Shown piece after piece: positions 25,729 through 39,269 of a stretch of 64,000 nt of DNA. Below the pieces are notes generated by a model that saw only the letters and a list, made by a program, of their open reading frames with translations, was not told where the DNA came from and did not search any database. Origin of the DNA: Octopus sinensis. Taxonomy: Eukaryota. Within the stretch, counting starts at the first letter, position 1. Every line of letters begins with the position of its first letter. A program made the translations under genes and the position numbers. The stretch lies in contig NC_043010.1 of the NCBI RefSeq assembly GCF_006345805.1, positions 38,936,001 through 39,000,000 of the forward strand. The letters run 5' to 3'.

Positions 25729-26643
25729 TGAATAATATATGAAAGTGTGTGTGTGTGTGTGTGTGTGTATGAATAAATGTAATGAGAAGCAAGTTAGGCA
25801 AGTCGATTTACACAAAATATTATAAAGAGTTGATGCAACAAATGTACATGTTTATGGATAAATGATAACAGGAGTTAAATTGGTAGAGTTTTACGAATAC
25901 AATAAACTGTTTCTGGGGGTGTGGTGGTCCGGAATAGTGATAGTTATTAAGATCTATTATCGGATAATACCACCTCCGCCTTCAGGGGAGAATTATATAT
26001 AATTATATATTACATTTGAATTGTTGACAGGGTTGATTTTACAGATGGAATGAGTTTGTGGGGTGCTAAGTGTGTTAGGAAGGGGAGTTGGGAGTGTTTT
26101 GATAGAAGGTTGTGGGAGAAGAAAACGGATTTCAGGGTTAGGGTTAACAATGAAGCTACTGATAGTAGTAGAGGTGGAAGTTGGGAGGAAAGGTGGTTTA
26201 GGATGTATGTGAGTGATGACCGTTCTGATAGTCAGTCTGAATGCTATGAAATTAAAGGTTGAGAAATTGAAAAGGGCTTGTTATTAATTAGGGAAAATGA
26301 GTTGAGTGGTTCAGTAGCTAAGTTGGGGAGGAGATGATCAAATGTTGTTAGTGGGACAAAGGAATTTGGTCGGTATTAGAGGGGGTGTTGTGGTAAAGGA
26401 AGTTGTATGAAATTGAATGGAGAGGTATAGCTAGGGAGGGAGTAGAGATAGATTGGTTAGTTTTCAGAGTGGGTTTTTGTTAAGTACTCTTTGTAGTTGG
26501 GAGGCTAAGAGGAAAGTGGAAGTTGCTGATTTGAAGATTTAGAAGAAATTTGAAATATGTGTATGGGAAGGAATAATTAGTAGGTTGCAAGGTTAAAATT
26601 TGTTTTAGATTACCTCCTTGGGGTATGGAAACTTATTATAAGA

Positions 26644-27075
26644 TTATATAGATTTAACGAAGTGCGTGGAAGTTGAGTAATATCTGTGTTTACATGAACA
26701 AATAACATCAGAAAATCTATCAAGCAACGAGTTGTAAAGGCGAAGAATGTTTAATGATTCATTTAGACATAATTTACACTTATCAATATTTGCACTGTAT
26801 GGGGGAGCTTCACTTACCATGGACCAGGATAGGGTATATGGAATATTTTGCGCGTTGAGGTTGTGTATTTACGTTGCTAAGGAGGCAGATGGTTTAGAGC
26901 TTCGACTAGTGAAAGAGGTCATATGTGCACGATAGCGGCGCTTGAAAATTACAGGGACACCGATATATGCTCTTGCTTAGTGAGAGTGAGTAGTTATAAC
27001 ACGGCACTTTTAGATAACATTTTTGTGCCGGCATGAGCTTGCAAGAGGGCATAATTTAGATACGCGACAGTTGCT
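26644..27075 (-). mobile_element. Penelope-like element GIY-YIG endonuclease remnant (3' UTR probably extends to ~25900)
   Basis: NCRVSKLCPLASSCRHKNVI*KC..AYIGVPVIFKRRYRAHMTSF..LSWSMVSEAPPYSANIDKCKLCLNE..DVICSCKH shows the Cys motif, VIY/YIG and C-terminal C..C..E..CxH typical of PLE endonucleases. Internal stops. Confidence 0.8.
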
Positions 27076-27134
27076 AGGTTTTTTGTTTACCTGCTCCGTA
27101 GTTAGGGTCTAGTGCTAATGAGGAATCTACGGAC

Positions 27135-27450
27135 ACTAATTCAACTCCGCATAAATACTACCCATTCTTTAACAAATCATATGTTAAAATCTACTCCACG
27201 GCACCTAATTTAAAATCCATAATCGCCTCCTCGAACAAATGCAAACTCTAACACCAATCATCTGAACACCTAAACTCTCATATTCAACCCCATGTCACTC
27301 CACATACTAGCAAAGACGCAATCCTTAATACCCCACCTCAATTGAATAATACTAAACTCAAGCCAACATTCCACAATCTCACCTACGTAAAAAAAACAAA
27401 TACTAGCTACAATACCACCTCCCAATCCAATTCAAGTACAAATTACACTT
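27135..27450 (+). mobile_element. Inverted upstream segment of the same Penelope-like ORF
   Basis: HKYYPFFNKSYVKIYSTAPNLKSIIASSNKCKL (27150-27251) resembles the PLE RT-to-EN linker [30 protein letters not shown]. Confidence 0.65.
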
Positions 27451-27873
27451 CAGGTTCTCCCCCACTAATAATAAACCAGCCAAGTGCAACTGAAACGGAG
27501 GCTGTGTTATCCTATAATCACCGTGATCACCGTGACCGACCAGGCTAACAAATGTTCTTTTAGCTATCAAATGACGCCACCCCGCTGGCTAAGCGAGCAG
27601 CCCAACAGAAGAAAGTTGTGGCGAAAGAGTACAGCAGCGATCGCCACCACTCCCTGCCCGAGCGTATGTACGTGTGTTGTCCTTCACACCGCTTGAGAAA
27701 CGGTGTTGGTGCGTTTACGTTCTGTAAATTAACGGTTCGGCAAAAAACAAAATAGAATTGGAAACAGGCTTAAAAACAAATTTTAAAAAGTATTGGGGTC
27801 GATCCATTCGACTAAAATTTTTCAATGCGATGCCCCAGCATGGCCACAGCCTAATGACCGAAGCAAGTAATAA

Positions 27874-27913
<40 letters not shown>

Positions 27914-28004
27914 ATGTGTGTGTGTGTGCGTGTGTGTATTTAAATGTGCATATTTGTAGAATCATTTATATATGTGGTGGTTCGTAAGCGTGCACCTACA
28001 TGAG

Positions 28005-28123
<119 letters not shown>

Positions 28124-28349
28124 GATATTATATAGGCTGGCGAATAGTTTTAGAAATTTCACCATCATTGGCCTAGCATGTATAAAAACGTCATTTTCCC
28201 AAGGTAAAAAAATAAGGTAAAAGTTTTTATTTTTCATTCCCTTCCAAAATTGCTCTTAAATGTGGTTTTGGTCATTTTGACTGCTTCTTCTAGCCTGTAA
28301 AAATTACCTGTTAAAGGTGGTTTTCTCTTGTGTTTAAATGTACATTATT

Positions 28350-28386
<37 letters not shown>

Positions 28387-28634
28387 ATCAATCGAATCTC
28401 CTTGTTGTTACGGGGGATCACACTTTTCGACGACAATGTTACCATCGTTTGTCTAAGTTATCTTTAGCCCGAGGTTCTGCTAGTTAGGAAACATATGTAG
28501 GCTGGGTTTTATCTAGTCCTTTCTCTGAATTCGGAATTTTAACTTCGATATGGGAAAAATTTACAACAGAGATGCATAGATATTCACGGCTCATATTTTG
28601 ACTAATGAAAACATTCCTACCGTTAATTTTTCAG

Positions 28635-29158
28635 TATAAAATGAAAGGTTTAGTAAAAGTTGAACTTTTAAATTGAAACCAAACGATAACAAATGAGAAC
28701 TACTGCGGGTAGCTTGAGTGGCTCAAGTCAGCGCTAGAGGAAAACGACCAACTTTGGTTTCAAGACGAAAGGTGTTCTTCCATCAGGATAATGCTCGGCC
28801 CATACAGCGAGGATGACATTAGAAAGGCGGGAGCAGTTTCAATGTCAAACGATGTCCCACCCACCATATTCACCAGACATTGCCCCATCTGATTACCATT
28901 TATTCCGCATACTTCAAAATAATTTGAACGGAAAAAATATGAACTCTCCAGACGTGTAGAGAACATTTCTGGAAGAGTATCTTTCGTCATGTATAAGTGA
29001 AGTTTGGAAGAGGGCCCTACTAGTCTGCAAGATAGATGGAAGAGCGTTGTAGAAAATGAAGGAAAGTATATTTTAGATTAAAAAAGAATTTTGTTTATCT
29101 TAATTTTGTAAAAAAAAGAGGTATAAACAAACCGCATTATTTATAGGTTAACCCAATA
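28635..29158 (+). mobile_element. Mariner transposase C-terminal remnant with 3' TIR
   Basis: FHQDNAR(P)H..SHPPYSPDIAPSDYHLF..DRWKSVVENEGKYILD*; ends CATTATTTATAGGTTAACCCAATA|TA. Confidence 0.9.
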
Positions 29159-29178
29159 TATGAGTATGTATATATATG

Positions 29179-29227
29179 TTTTGAGAAATTTGAAAAGTTA
29201 AACACGAAACCGGTAATTTCTTCAAAA
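29179..29227 (+). ncRNA. Minimal type-I hammerhead, U3-A8 core variant (best-preserved copy)
   Basis: TTTTGAGAAAT-TTGAAAA-GT taaac AC-GAAAC CG GTA-ATTTCT(T)CAAAA: helix I 11 bp with one bulge, G10.1-C11.1, ACCGGT palindrome, GUA triplet; predicted cleavage after 29215. Confidence 0.7.
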
Positions 29228-29412
29228 ACTATGTCACTCTATGAAAAAAATCTATAACATTCTTCTGACATAATGACTCAAATATATATTTTTTAACCTT
29301 TTAAAACAAGCCTTCTGTAGTTTTTTCACTTTTTACTATTTTCTATATATTCAACCACGTGCTTTCACACACCAACTTTCTCACCTTTATATATATATAT
29401 ATCACACACGGT

Positions 29413-29468
<56 letters not shown>

Positions 29469-29520
29469 TTATATATATATATAATATATATAATATATAT
29501 ATATATAATATATATATATG

Positions 29521-29604
<84 letters not shown>

Positions 29605-30639
29605 CGCATATATGTATTTATTATGGGTGTAGGTATATCTACAAATGCTCAATATCCTAGACGCTAATTTGCCAGATCAAGAGATATATGAGCTTCAATA
29701 AATGTCGTAATGTGTGCATAAAGAATTTCAAAATCAAATGGAAGATATAAAGCAAAGTCTATATAAGAGCCCAACGCCGAATAATAAAACATGGATAAGA
29801 TTTAATGGCAAATGTTATGATATAAATATTGATGCTCCGTAATCACAATATTGATGGGGATTGTTCGATGAATAGCTTTCATTGTGTGATTCCACAAATA
29901 CAGAGAGGGGTACATATTATTCTGCATCTATATTGCAGTCCCCTGCTGTCACTCGTTAGATTTCGGACATATATATATGTATGTGTGTGTGTGTGTGTAT
30001 TTATGTAGGTATTTGTGCTTGTGTATTAAGTGCAATATAAAATGTTTAATATGAAATCATTGGGTATACAATACCTATTGAAATATTTGGATTGTGCTAT
30101 CATCGTTATTAGTTTCAGAATGATATACATTGTGTAGCTTTTATGTCCAGAAGAACTATAAGGCATATAACGCAGGATACATACACACACTGCAGGAGCT
30201 GAATAAATACCTTTTAGTTTTTAGTTGTCTTACATTACGATCGGTGTTCAAATCCCATCTAAACTGTATTCTGCTTTTCGTTATTTCAAGCTCGACACAA
30301 CAAGTATCAGCTAAAACCTTCAGAATTCGGAAAAGCTGAATCGTTCGTGGTTTCCCTTAAATGTTTCTCTTCGCAACACTTTGGCTGTGGGTCCGATTCC
30401 CATTTGCGAAACCTTGGGAAGGAACTTGTTTTATCTCAATGTTTCCTTTGTCCAATATTTTGCTGTTGGAAAGGCGGTGAGCTGGCAGAAACTTCGGGTT
30501 TATTTATTTATGTTCGTACCATTTCTATCATCATCATCGTCGTCGTCGGCATAATAATAATAATAACAATCATAATAATAACAACAACAACAACAGCAAC
30601 AACAACAACAGCAACAAGAACAACAACAACAACAACAAC

Positions 30640-30722
<83 letters not shown>

Positions 30723-30725
30723 TAG

Positions 30726-31284
30726 ATGCCCTGATGCAGTACCTGACGGTGGCCCTCGTGGCTTCTGATCTTAACTGATTGGAAGTGTTATCATGTACGT
30801 TGTTTTGTCTTGGTATAAAAGATGGGCTACCACAAACCTTTTGCTAAATACCACAGAATTGCTTGCCAGTTGTTTGACCGTAACCAGTTGATCATGTCCC
30901 TTAGTGGCTGACGATATGTACATCTCTGATCACGAGCAGAAGTAGTGGGGGGGGGGGCATTACAGCCATGTGTTGAGAGGGATTTTTAGAGGTTTGGATA
31001 ATTCCCCTTTGGAAACATGGGTGTTCGTTCGACATTCTTAAAAAAATCTTATTCATGGACATTTTGAGCGGGATGGGTTACTCGAGCACAAGAAAATTCT
31101 AACTGGGCCCCACCTGCAAGGTCGTGTGCTATTTATCTTGATAGGAGATCACCATGTCGCGCACATATGGTTGTGATGCATGTGTCTAGTGTACCGTTAT
31201 CAGACGGGTAGTCATGATGGACATAGTGGGCTTCGTATATTTTACCACAGTGTCACTTTGATGGCATGCACTGCTCTCTCACTC

Positions 31285-31286
<2 letters not shown>
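30726..31286 (+). mobile_element. Second copy of the ~560-bp (TAA)n-embedded element
   Basis: Colinear with 16021-16578. Confidence 0.8.
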
Positions 31287-31334
<48 letters not shown>

Positions 31335-31347
31335 TGATAATAATAAT

Positions 31348-31732
31348 GGGAAGCACTCCGTCGGTTACGACGATGAGGGTTCCGGTTGATCCGAATCAAC
31401 GGAACAGCCTGCTCGTGAAATTAACGTGTAAGTGGCTGAGCACTCCACAGACACGTGCACCCTTAACGTAGTTCTCGGGGATATTCAGCGTGACACAGAG
31501 AGTGACAAGGCCGGCCCCTTGAAATACAGGTACAACAGAAACAGGAAGTAAGAGTGAGAGAAAGTTGTGGTGAAAGAGTACAGCAAGGATCACCACCATC
31601 CCCTGCCGGAGCCTCGTGGAGCTTTTTAGGTGTTTTCGCTCAATAAACACTCACAACGCCCGGTCTGGGAATCGAAACCGCGATCCTATGACCGCGAATC
31701 CGCTGCCCTAACCACTGGGCCATTGCGCCTCC
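31348..31732 (-). mobile_element. tRNA-derived SINE (head A + tail 1) inserted in (TAA)n
   Basis: Near-identical to 14397-14781. Confidence 0.9.
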
Positions 31733-31736
31733 ACTG

Positions 31737-31794
<58 letters not shown>

Positions 31795-33477
31795 TAATAA
31801 TAACAATAATAATAATAATAATATTGATGATTTTGCTACATCTGTTCTTCTAATCCCTCACATTATCATTATATCTATTTATTGCATTTCATAATTTTAA
31901 CCTTTCATGTGCATTAGTATGAACATCCACCACCTCGTCATCATCATGTTGGTTATGTTGTTGCTGTTTGTAATGTTGTGGTGGTGTTCTAATGCCAGCT
32001 GAGCTTTGATAGCATGAATGTATGATAAACTATCATGAAGTCTCTTATTCCATGTTTCGATATATACAGTATCACGCGCATCATTCTTTTTCCCCAAATG
32101 ATTTAAATGAGATTTGGCTTTCATTTCCAGATACAATAATGGCTGCAAAGATTCTCCTGTTTAATCGTCATTAGAATATTTGGCTATTATCTGCTGTTAA
32201 TATGTAACTGTAGTAGCAAAATGGCAGTTAACTTGTTCGGAGAGATATTATGTGTGATAATTCAATATTTTAATCTCTTGCTAATCAATATTTGGGGGTT
32301 GTATTCGATCTATGTTTGCAGTCGCCATTTTGTTTGAGAGGTTCATGAAGACGTGTGATATCGCTGACGGAAACTATCATCTCAACGAACGATATCGATC
32401 GCAATAGTAACAGTCTTGCTGGTTACATTTATTAAGCGATACTAAAGGAAATGTATTATACTTAATATATCATAAACATGATTATGATGCTTCACTTACT
32501 CATTTTGGCATTATATCAAGGAACCCTGCTTGATCACTAGATGCTATTGCTCTGAAGTAGTTCCGACTAAGATTTATATCAGCGATTTCTATGTATACAA
32601 ATTATGCACACTCAGCACGTTTTCACAAAGTTAGTTTAATCAAACGTCAATTCTGATAATGTAATTAGAGAATTTCAAGTTGTAATCTCGAAAACTAAGG
32701 AAGCTTAAGTTTTGAATAAGAGGCTAGTCCATTACAGAATCTTAGCATGTTCATCATTGTTCATAACACGCATTCATCTTTAATTATTCGTATTAATCTA
32801 TCTTATTTCCTGCTTAATAGAACGATTGCATGTCGGTCAGACCTCACCGCCTCCTTTTACCTTCCTTCTTCCTCTCCAGCTTCCTTATTACATTTCCCTA
32901 AAAACAGAATGCCATCTTTCTGCACAAGTGCTTGCTTACAGAGCATATCCATCGCCAAATAATTAGCAATTATAAACTTCTTGTAATGTGATCGATCGCT
33001 TATTTCAGGAGAAAAGTTAAGGCACTTCAGCAACAGATAATAGGTTTTAATCGACATATAATGTAAATTGGAGATAGTACTTGAAGTGTTCCTTCTTATG
33101 AAGAGAACGTAGAATATTTTATACAGCCGCCGTGTCTATAACTACTTTAAAATATGAAGAGTTTCATTGTCGTCAAAAAGCATTGTGGGTATTCATTACA
33201 CCAAGGTGATGGTTTCTCGTGGGAATTAATTAATGCGCGACCTAAGTAGTTGTTCTATAAAAGTATCATTGTACTGGTATTTAGTATCATTTGTGAAGAT
33301 GCAACAATAGGAACCACAGATATTTTGGTCGCTAGTTAGGTTTGCTGGCGACAAACGTGATGGAAATTGCACCAAATCTCTCTCAAATCATATCGTATAT
33401 TTTTATAAAATGAAAACGACAATATATGATGTATTGCTTCCGATACTAAGAAGTGAATAGCACTAATGGGACGCTTT

Positions 33478-33616
33478 ACTCTTTTACTTGCTTCAGTCAT
33501 TTGACTGTGGGCATGCTGGAGCACCGCATTTAGTCGAGCAAATCGATCCCAGGACTTATTCTTTGTAAGCCTAGTACTTATTCTATCAGTTTCCTTTGCC
33601 GAACCGCTAAGTTACG
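33478..33616 (-). mobile_element. SINE family B 3' half
   Basis: Reverse complement of the family B tail. Confidence 0.75.
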
Positions 33617-33987
33617 TAATGATTATAAATGATTAGATCGTACCTGGGGTGAAACAGTATCATTAATAGTGAAATAAAGATAGAAAAGATGTTTTGTTAA
33701 GGATTAGTTGTGAGGAAGCCCTGCGATCCATACCTGTCGCAGGGCTTAGAAGTCATCTGATATCAATGAATGTGCCATTTAATTAGAATATCTGTCAGAC
33801 GAAGTCTGCAGAAATAAAACTGTTTTCGTCGTAACCTTGCCCAAGCGCAATATACGGGTAAATGCCAAACGTTTGATGATTATTAGCAGTGTTCATCAAT
33901 GGATGACGAGTTTTATTGACTCAAGTAGCAACGGTACGGTGTTGTGACTTCTATACTTTCCAAAGACCATTATGGTGAAATAGCAAA

Positions 33988-34038
<51 letters not shown>

Positions 34039-35129
34039 AACTAAAATATTTTAATCCTGCATGGATTAAAAGTTGTTCTGTACAGACTCGCAACCTACTG
34101 AAAGTGGATTAGTGTACAAAAGACGAGCCCACATTCTCGAAATAGTAGAGTACCCCTATGAGGTCATCTTTTCTGCTAGAAGTAACAAGCTTAATTTTCC
34201 ACACATCAAATAATGCTGTTTTAATTAAGATATTTGTTAAAGCCTGCTATAGTTTGGAATATACAGAATGACAGTTTAATCGTGTCTAGAAGGACTTTGA
34301 TTATAGATTTGTTGGCCAGGACTAACCTAGGGCTCAACAAAATGATGTCATATGAGCGAAAGGTGGCTGAATATTCATATGAGCAAAGATATTTCATTTT
34401 GTCTCGACCAAGATACCCACAACTGACCAATATATTTCGCTTGGAAAGAAGTACCCTGGATATGATATCTCTGTTGGTTTAAGAAGTTTAACTACCCAGT
34501 GTTTTACTGTCTGGCAGTAATAGAGTATTTTCTGTATTGATACTCTCTTTATTTATCCAAAACAAATGATATCTTCAACTTACCAAACTGATATCTACTT
34601 GATACAATAAGACAATATGAAATGATTTCTAACTTTAACGCAAGGCCAACGATATCGGCGGAGGGTGCTATGGATTCATTCAAAAGATTTTATTACAAGA
34701 CTGGTGCTTGTATTATTATTCCGGAGTAACTCTTTTCTTAATCGACTTTGGCGGAAATTGAAATCTGAATGTGAAGCGAAGGAACTAAACAACACAAAGG
34801 ATTATATCCGATGCTCTCATGATTCCGCCGTCTAATAGCATAAGGGGAAAAAAAGGGAGGAAAATCTAACAAATGATATGATCGAACGAATAACATGTAT
34901 CTCTGATCCACTCAAATTAACCTTAATCCCCTCAATGCATATTTCCCGTTAAAAATAAGTACGAAAAACCTAAAACCTTGCTATAGAGAAGAAATATTAT
35001 TTTCTTTTGAAATTGAATTCATATGAAAAATAAAGAAAAAAATATTGTTTCTACTATAAGCAAAGGGTCTTATATTTAGGAGATGAGGTAGTCGATTACA
35101 TCCACTCCAGTCGTTAATATTATTATTAT

Positions 35130-35295
35130 TATTCTTATTATTATTATTATTATTATTGTTATTGTTATTATTATTATTATTACCATTCTTCTTCTTCTTC
35201 TTCTTCTTCTTCTTCTTCTTCTTCTTCTTCTTCTTCTTCTCTTCTTCTTCTTCTTCTATTATTATTATTATTATTATTATATTATTATTATTATT
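35130..35295. repeat. Compound trinucleotide array (TTA)n(TTC)n(TTA)n
   Basis: Read directly. Confidence 0.95.
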
Positions 35296-35648
35296 ATCAT
35301 TGCGTTTGCACAACTTCCAACGCTGGAGATGTACTACGGTGTCAGCTGTTCACTACCAGTGAACTAAGGTAACACTTATTTTTCGAGCACCTTCCGGAGT
35401 ATTCGAGCGGTCCCAAGCAGTGCTGTTTTCTGCAAGTGCCCCACCCTTATTGCAGCCCCTATATGTTCCATGTACTTCTCAAGATTTTTACTCACTGTTC
35501 CCAGGGTTCCGATAATTATTAGTACTACTGCTACCTTTTCCATCGACCACAGCTGTTTAACGTTATTGTTAATAATAATAATAATAATAATTATAATTAT
35601 AATGATAATATTAATAATAATAATAATAATAATAATTATAATGATAAT

Positions 35649-35688
<40 letters not shown>

Positions 35689-35706
35689 TTAATAAGGATA
35701 ATAATC

Positions 35707-36367
35707 CTTTCTACTAACGGCGCAAAGCCTGAAGTTTTGGCGGAGGGGAGAAGTCGATCACATTGATCTCAGTACTCAATTGATACTTATTTTTTCAACC
35801 CAAAGAACGAAATGGAAAGTCGACTACGACGGGATTTGAAATCAGAACTTAAGGACTGATGAAATGCCGCTAAGCACTTTAACCGGTGTGATTCTGTCAG
35901 CTCACCGCCGTTGGGTATAGCTCGCATTCTGCAGGTGAGTATTGTTCTTTTGAATTACAGGAGAAGGCACTACTTGTAACCTTTGGTAATTCGTTATTTC
36001 CTGCTTTCAAATTAAGAACTATCTGAGAGTCTTTCATAATAATAAGGATAACAACAACAACAACAACAACAACAACAATAATAATAATAATAATAATAAT
36101 AACGATGATGATGATGATGATGATAATAGTAGTAATAATAATAATAATAAAGGTTTCATATTTTGGCACAAAGGCAACAAATTCGGGGGCGGGACCGAGG
36201 AATTCGATTAAATCGATCCCGGTGCTCAATTTGTACTAATGTTATCCACACCGAAAGAATGAAAGGGAAAATCAACCACGGCAGAACTTGACTCAGAACG
36301 CAAAGCTGGACCAAATGCCGCTAGGCTTTTTGTTCAGCGTGTCCAAGATAGTGACAGCTCGCTGACT
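35707..36367 (-). mobile_element. Two diverged family C SINEs (~35707-35909 and ~36151-36367) separated by trinucleotide repeats
   Basis: Both show diverged GAAAG..GTCGAC..GAACTCAGAAC..AAATGCCGCTA blocks. Confidence 0.6.
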
Positions 36368-36678
36368 TAGTAATGCTTCTTATTCATCATATCCCATTCA
36401 TACATACAGCATATGATATAAACCTAAGTTTTCGTTTAAGTTAGTAAGAGACGAATCTTCGTTTTTAATTAAATACATATAAGTGTATAATTTTAATTAT
36501 ATATACATATAATTACGTCGAGTTAAATTGGATTAAGATATTTGCTGAAGTAAATGGATTTCTTATATAATACTAGATTAAAATGCATTAAAATCGTGTA
36601 AGCATAAAAGTAGATATTACTCTGAAAATGAATAACACTTCAAATATATATTCACATTTCTCTCTCTCTCTTTCTCTC

Positions 36679-36714
<36 letters not shown>

Positions 36715-37474
36715 GAGAGAAGAGAGAGAGAGAAATGTGAATATATATTTGAAGTGTTATATATATATATTATATATATATATATATATATGTATGTATT
36801 TATCTCTCTTTCTCTTTGATTCTCTCCTTCACCAATCTCTGTCTCTTTATATATATATTTATTACGACAGAGACCACCAGCATATTAGGACTGAGATTGT
36901 GTATTTCACGATCTCATGACTGCTATATCATCCGGAAAGATACCTGATTCCTGAAGGTATCGTCTACATATGTGTCTTTCTTTCTTTAGGGAAGTTAGGA
37001 ATGACAGATTCATTACGTGGGCCATTATATGAAAAAAAAAATTAACAGCGAATAAGGAAACAGAAATCCAGAATAGTAATCATACCAGTGTCTGTGTGCG
37101 TCAGTTATCAAATGATTTGGAACAGCGGTAGACAGAATAAATTTAGTTACGACAGAAGAAAATGTCCGACTACATCAGATTACTCTCTTAACTGAAACAA
37201 ACGAACTCTTTTTATTTTCTTTTTCTACCTCTCTTTCTCATTTTCTTTTCTTTGAGGGTAATTGCGTTCGAAACATCAGATCTCGCATTTTACACATGGT
37301 AGCTATACATGCATACATACATACATACATGCATACATACATACATGCATACATACATAGATACATACATACATACATACATACATACATACATACATAC
37401 ATACATACATACATACATACTAAAAGAATAGGATAGATATATATAGGGGGAAAAAAAAGGGTCGGCAATGCCTG

Positions 37475-37837
37475 ATGGTTCCGGGTTCAGTCCCACTGCG
37501 TGGCATCTTGGGCAAGTGTCTTCTGCTATAGCCCCGGGCCGACCAATGCCTTGTGAGTGGATTTGGTAGACGGAAACTGAAAGAAGCCTGTATATATATA
37601 TATAAGTGTGTGTGTATATGTTTGTGTGTCTGTGTTTGTCCCCCTAGCATTGCTTGACAACCGATGCTGGTGTGTTTACGTCCCCGTCACTTAGCGGTTC
37701 GGCAAAAGAGACCGATAGAATAAGTACTGGGCTTACAAAGAATAAGTTCCGGGGTCGATTTGCTCGACTAAAGGCGGTGCTCCAGCATGGCCGCAGTCAA
37801 ATGACTGAAAGAAGTAAAAGAGTAAAAGAGTAAAGAG
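37475..37837 (+). mobile_element. SINE family B, 5'-truncated
   Basis: Colinear with 24282-24686. Confidence 0.85.
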
Positions 37838-38136
37838 TATGTATGTATGTATGTATGTATGTATGTATGTATGTATTATGTATGTATGTATGTATGTATG
37901 TATGTATGTATCTATCTATCTATCTATATATATATGAATTTATTATATAAATATATAAATATATTTATATGAATATATATATAACTGTAGGAATGATGTG
38001 AATATAATTATATCTTTAAATTATGTTTTTCTAAATGCATATAAACCATAAATGTTGTTCTTCGTTGTAAATATATGTATTAATATGAGTATGTGTGTGG
38101 TGTGATTATAAATTATGTACACAAACACACACACAT

Positions 38137-38173
<37 letters not shown>

Positions 38174-38228
38174 AAGCGATTGATAGATAGACATATCTCA
38201 TAAGCTATATATATACATACATATATAC

Positions 38229-38373
<145 letters not shown>

Positions 38374-38966
38374 ATGCCTACATACAAACATACATACATA
38401 CATACAACACGCACCAAAAAGAATATTAATTTATTTCCCTGCAGTAACTATATCTTTTGCTGTTACATTTGCTATTGAAGTAAATATAAAATCGATTGAA
38501 ATAATATTAATCACAAACAACTATTTCATACATTTTCCATCAAGTAGAGGAGACAGTCTTAGGCATTTCGGGGGTTATTTACAGATCGCATCATCGAAAC
38601 TTGTTACCGTCGTGTTCACTATATTTATTTCCAGAAGCAGTGAAGAAACATCTAAGGAAAATATATACAATATATTATATTTGCAGGCTTATCACATATA
38701 GAATTGTGTAGAGGAAAATATATTCGACGTTACCGTCTACACGAAAACTTATTTGAATTTTATTGGTAGAAATATTAAAATGGATGGCATAAGTAACTAT
38801 TCTCGCGGCACATAGCAAATATATTCACGTCTTTTTATTTCCAATCAACATTATTTAATTACAACTAAAGAATGGCGAAAGTATACTTCTAAAGTTTCAT
38901 TTCATATGATGAATAACGCGCTAATACATATATAAAGTCTGAAATAGGAAAAAAAAAACGATAAAC

Positions 38967-39269
38967 GTCGCCCTTTTCAAGCCTAGCCAGGCGCATGGGC
39001 CTCGTCTCCCGGTTTTTGTGGCGTATGTGTTCCCTCGAGCTGGACGGGACGCCAGTCCATCGCAGCGTTAATCAAGAAACATGAAGCGAGAGTGAGAGAA
39101 AGTTGTGGCGAAAGATTACAACAGGAGTCGCCACCACCCCCTGTCGGAGCCTCGTGGAGCTTTTAGGTGTTTTCGCTCAATAAACATAGACAACGCCCGG
39201 TCTGGGAATCGAAACCGCTAATCTCGGACCGCGAGTCTGCTGCTCTAACCACTGGGCCATTGCGCCTCC
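38967..39269 (-). mobile_element. SINE head A + tail 3
   Basis: Head as at 3484-3838; tail (GGACGGGACGCC.GTCC) also present at ~52030-52130 and ~55190-55280. Confidence 0.75.

Noticed and set aside
25885-25990. Possible hammerhead at the 3' end of the Penelope element (minus strand CTGAAGG..GAAAC)
   Set aside because: A9 is missing and neither helix I nor helix III pairs convincingly.
31897-32148. 83-aa minus-strand ORF as a host exon
   Set aside because: No recognisable domain, the end runs into CAA/GAT repeats, and no partner exons were found.
34234-34482. 82-aa ORF in unique sequence
   Set aside because: No recognisable homology; the length is compatible with chance. Needs BLASTX or RNA-seq.
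37790-37825. SINE B tail AGTC-aaat-GACT-GAAA..GTA looks like half a hammerhead
   Set aside because: No CUGANGA upstream and no helix I; it is the LINE-type 3' stem-loop.
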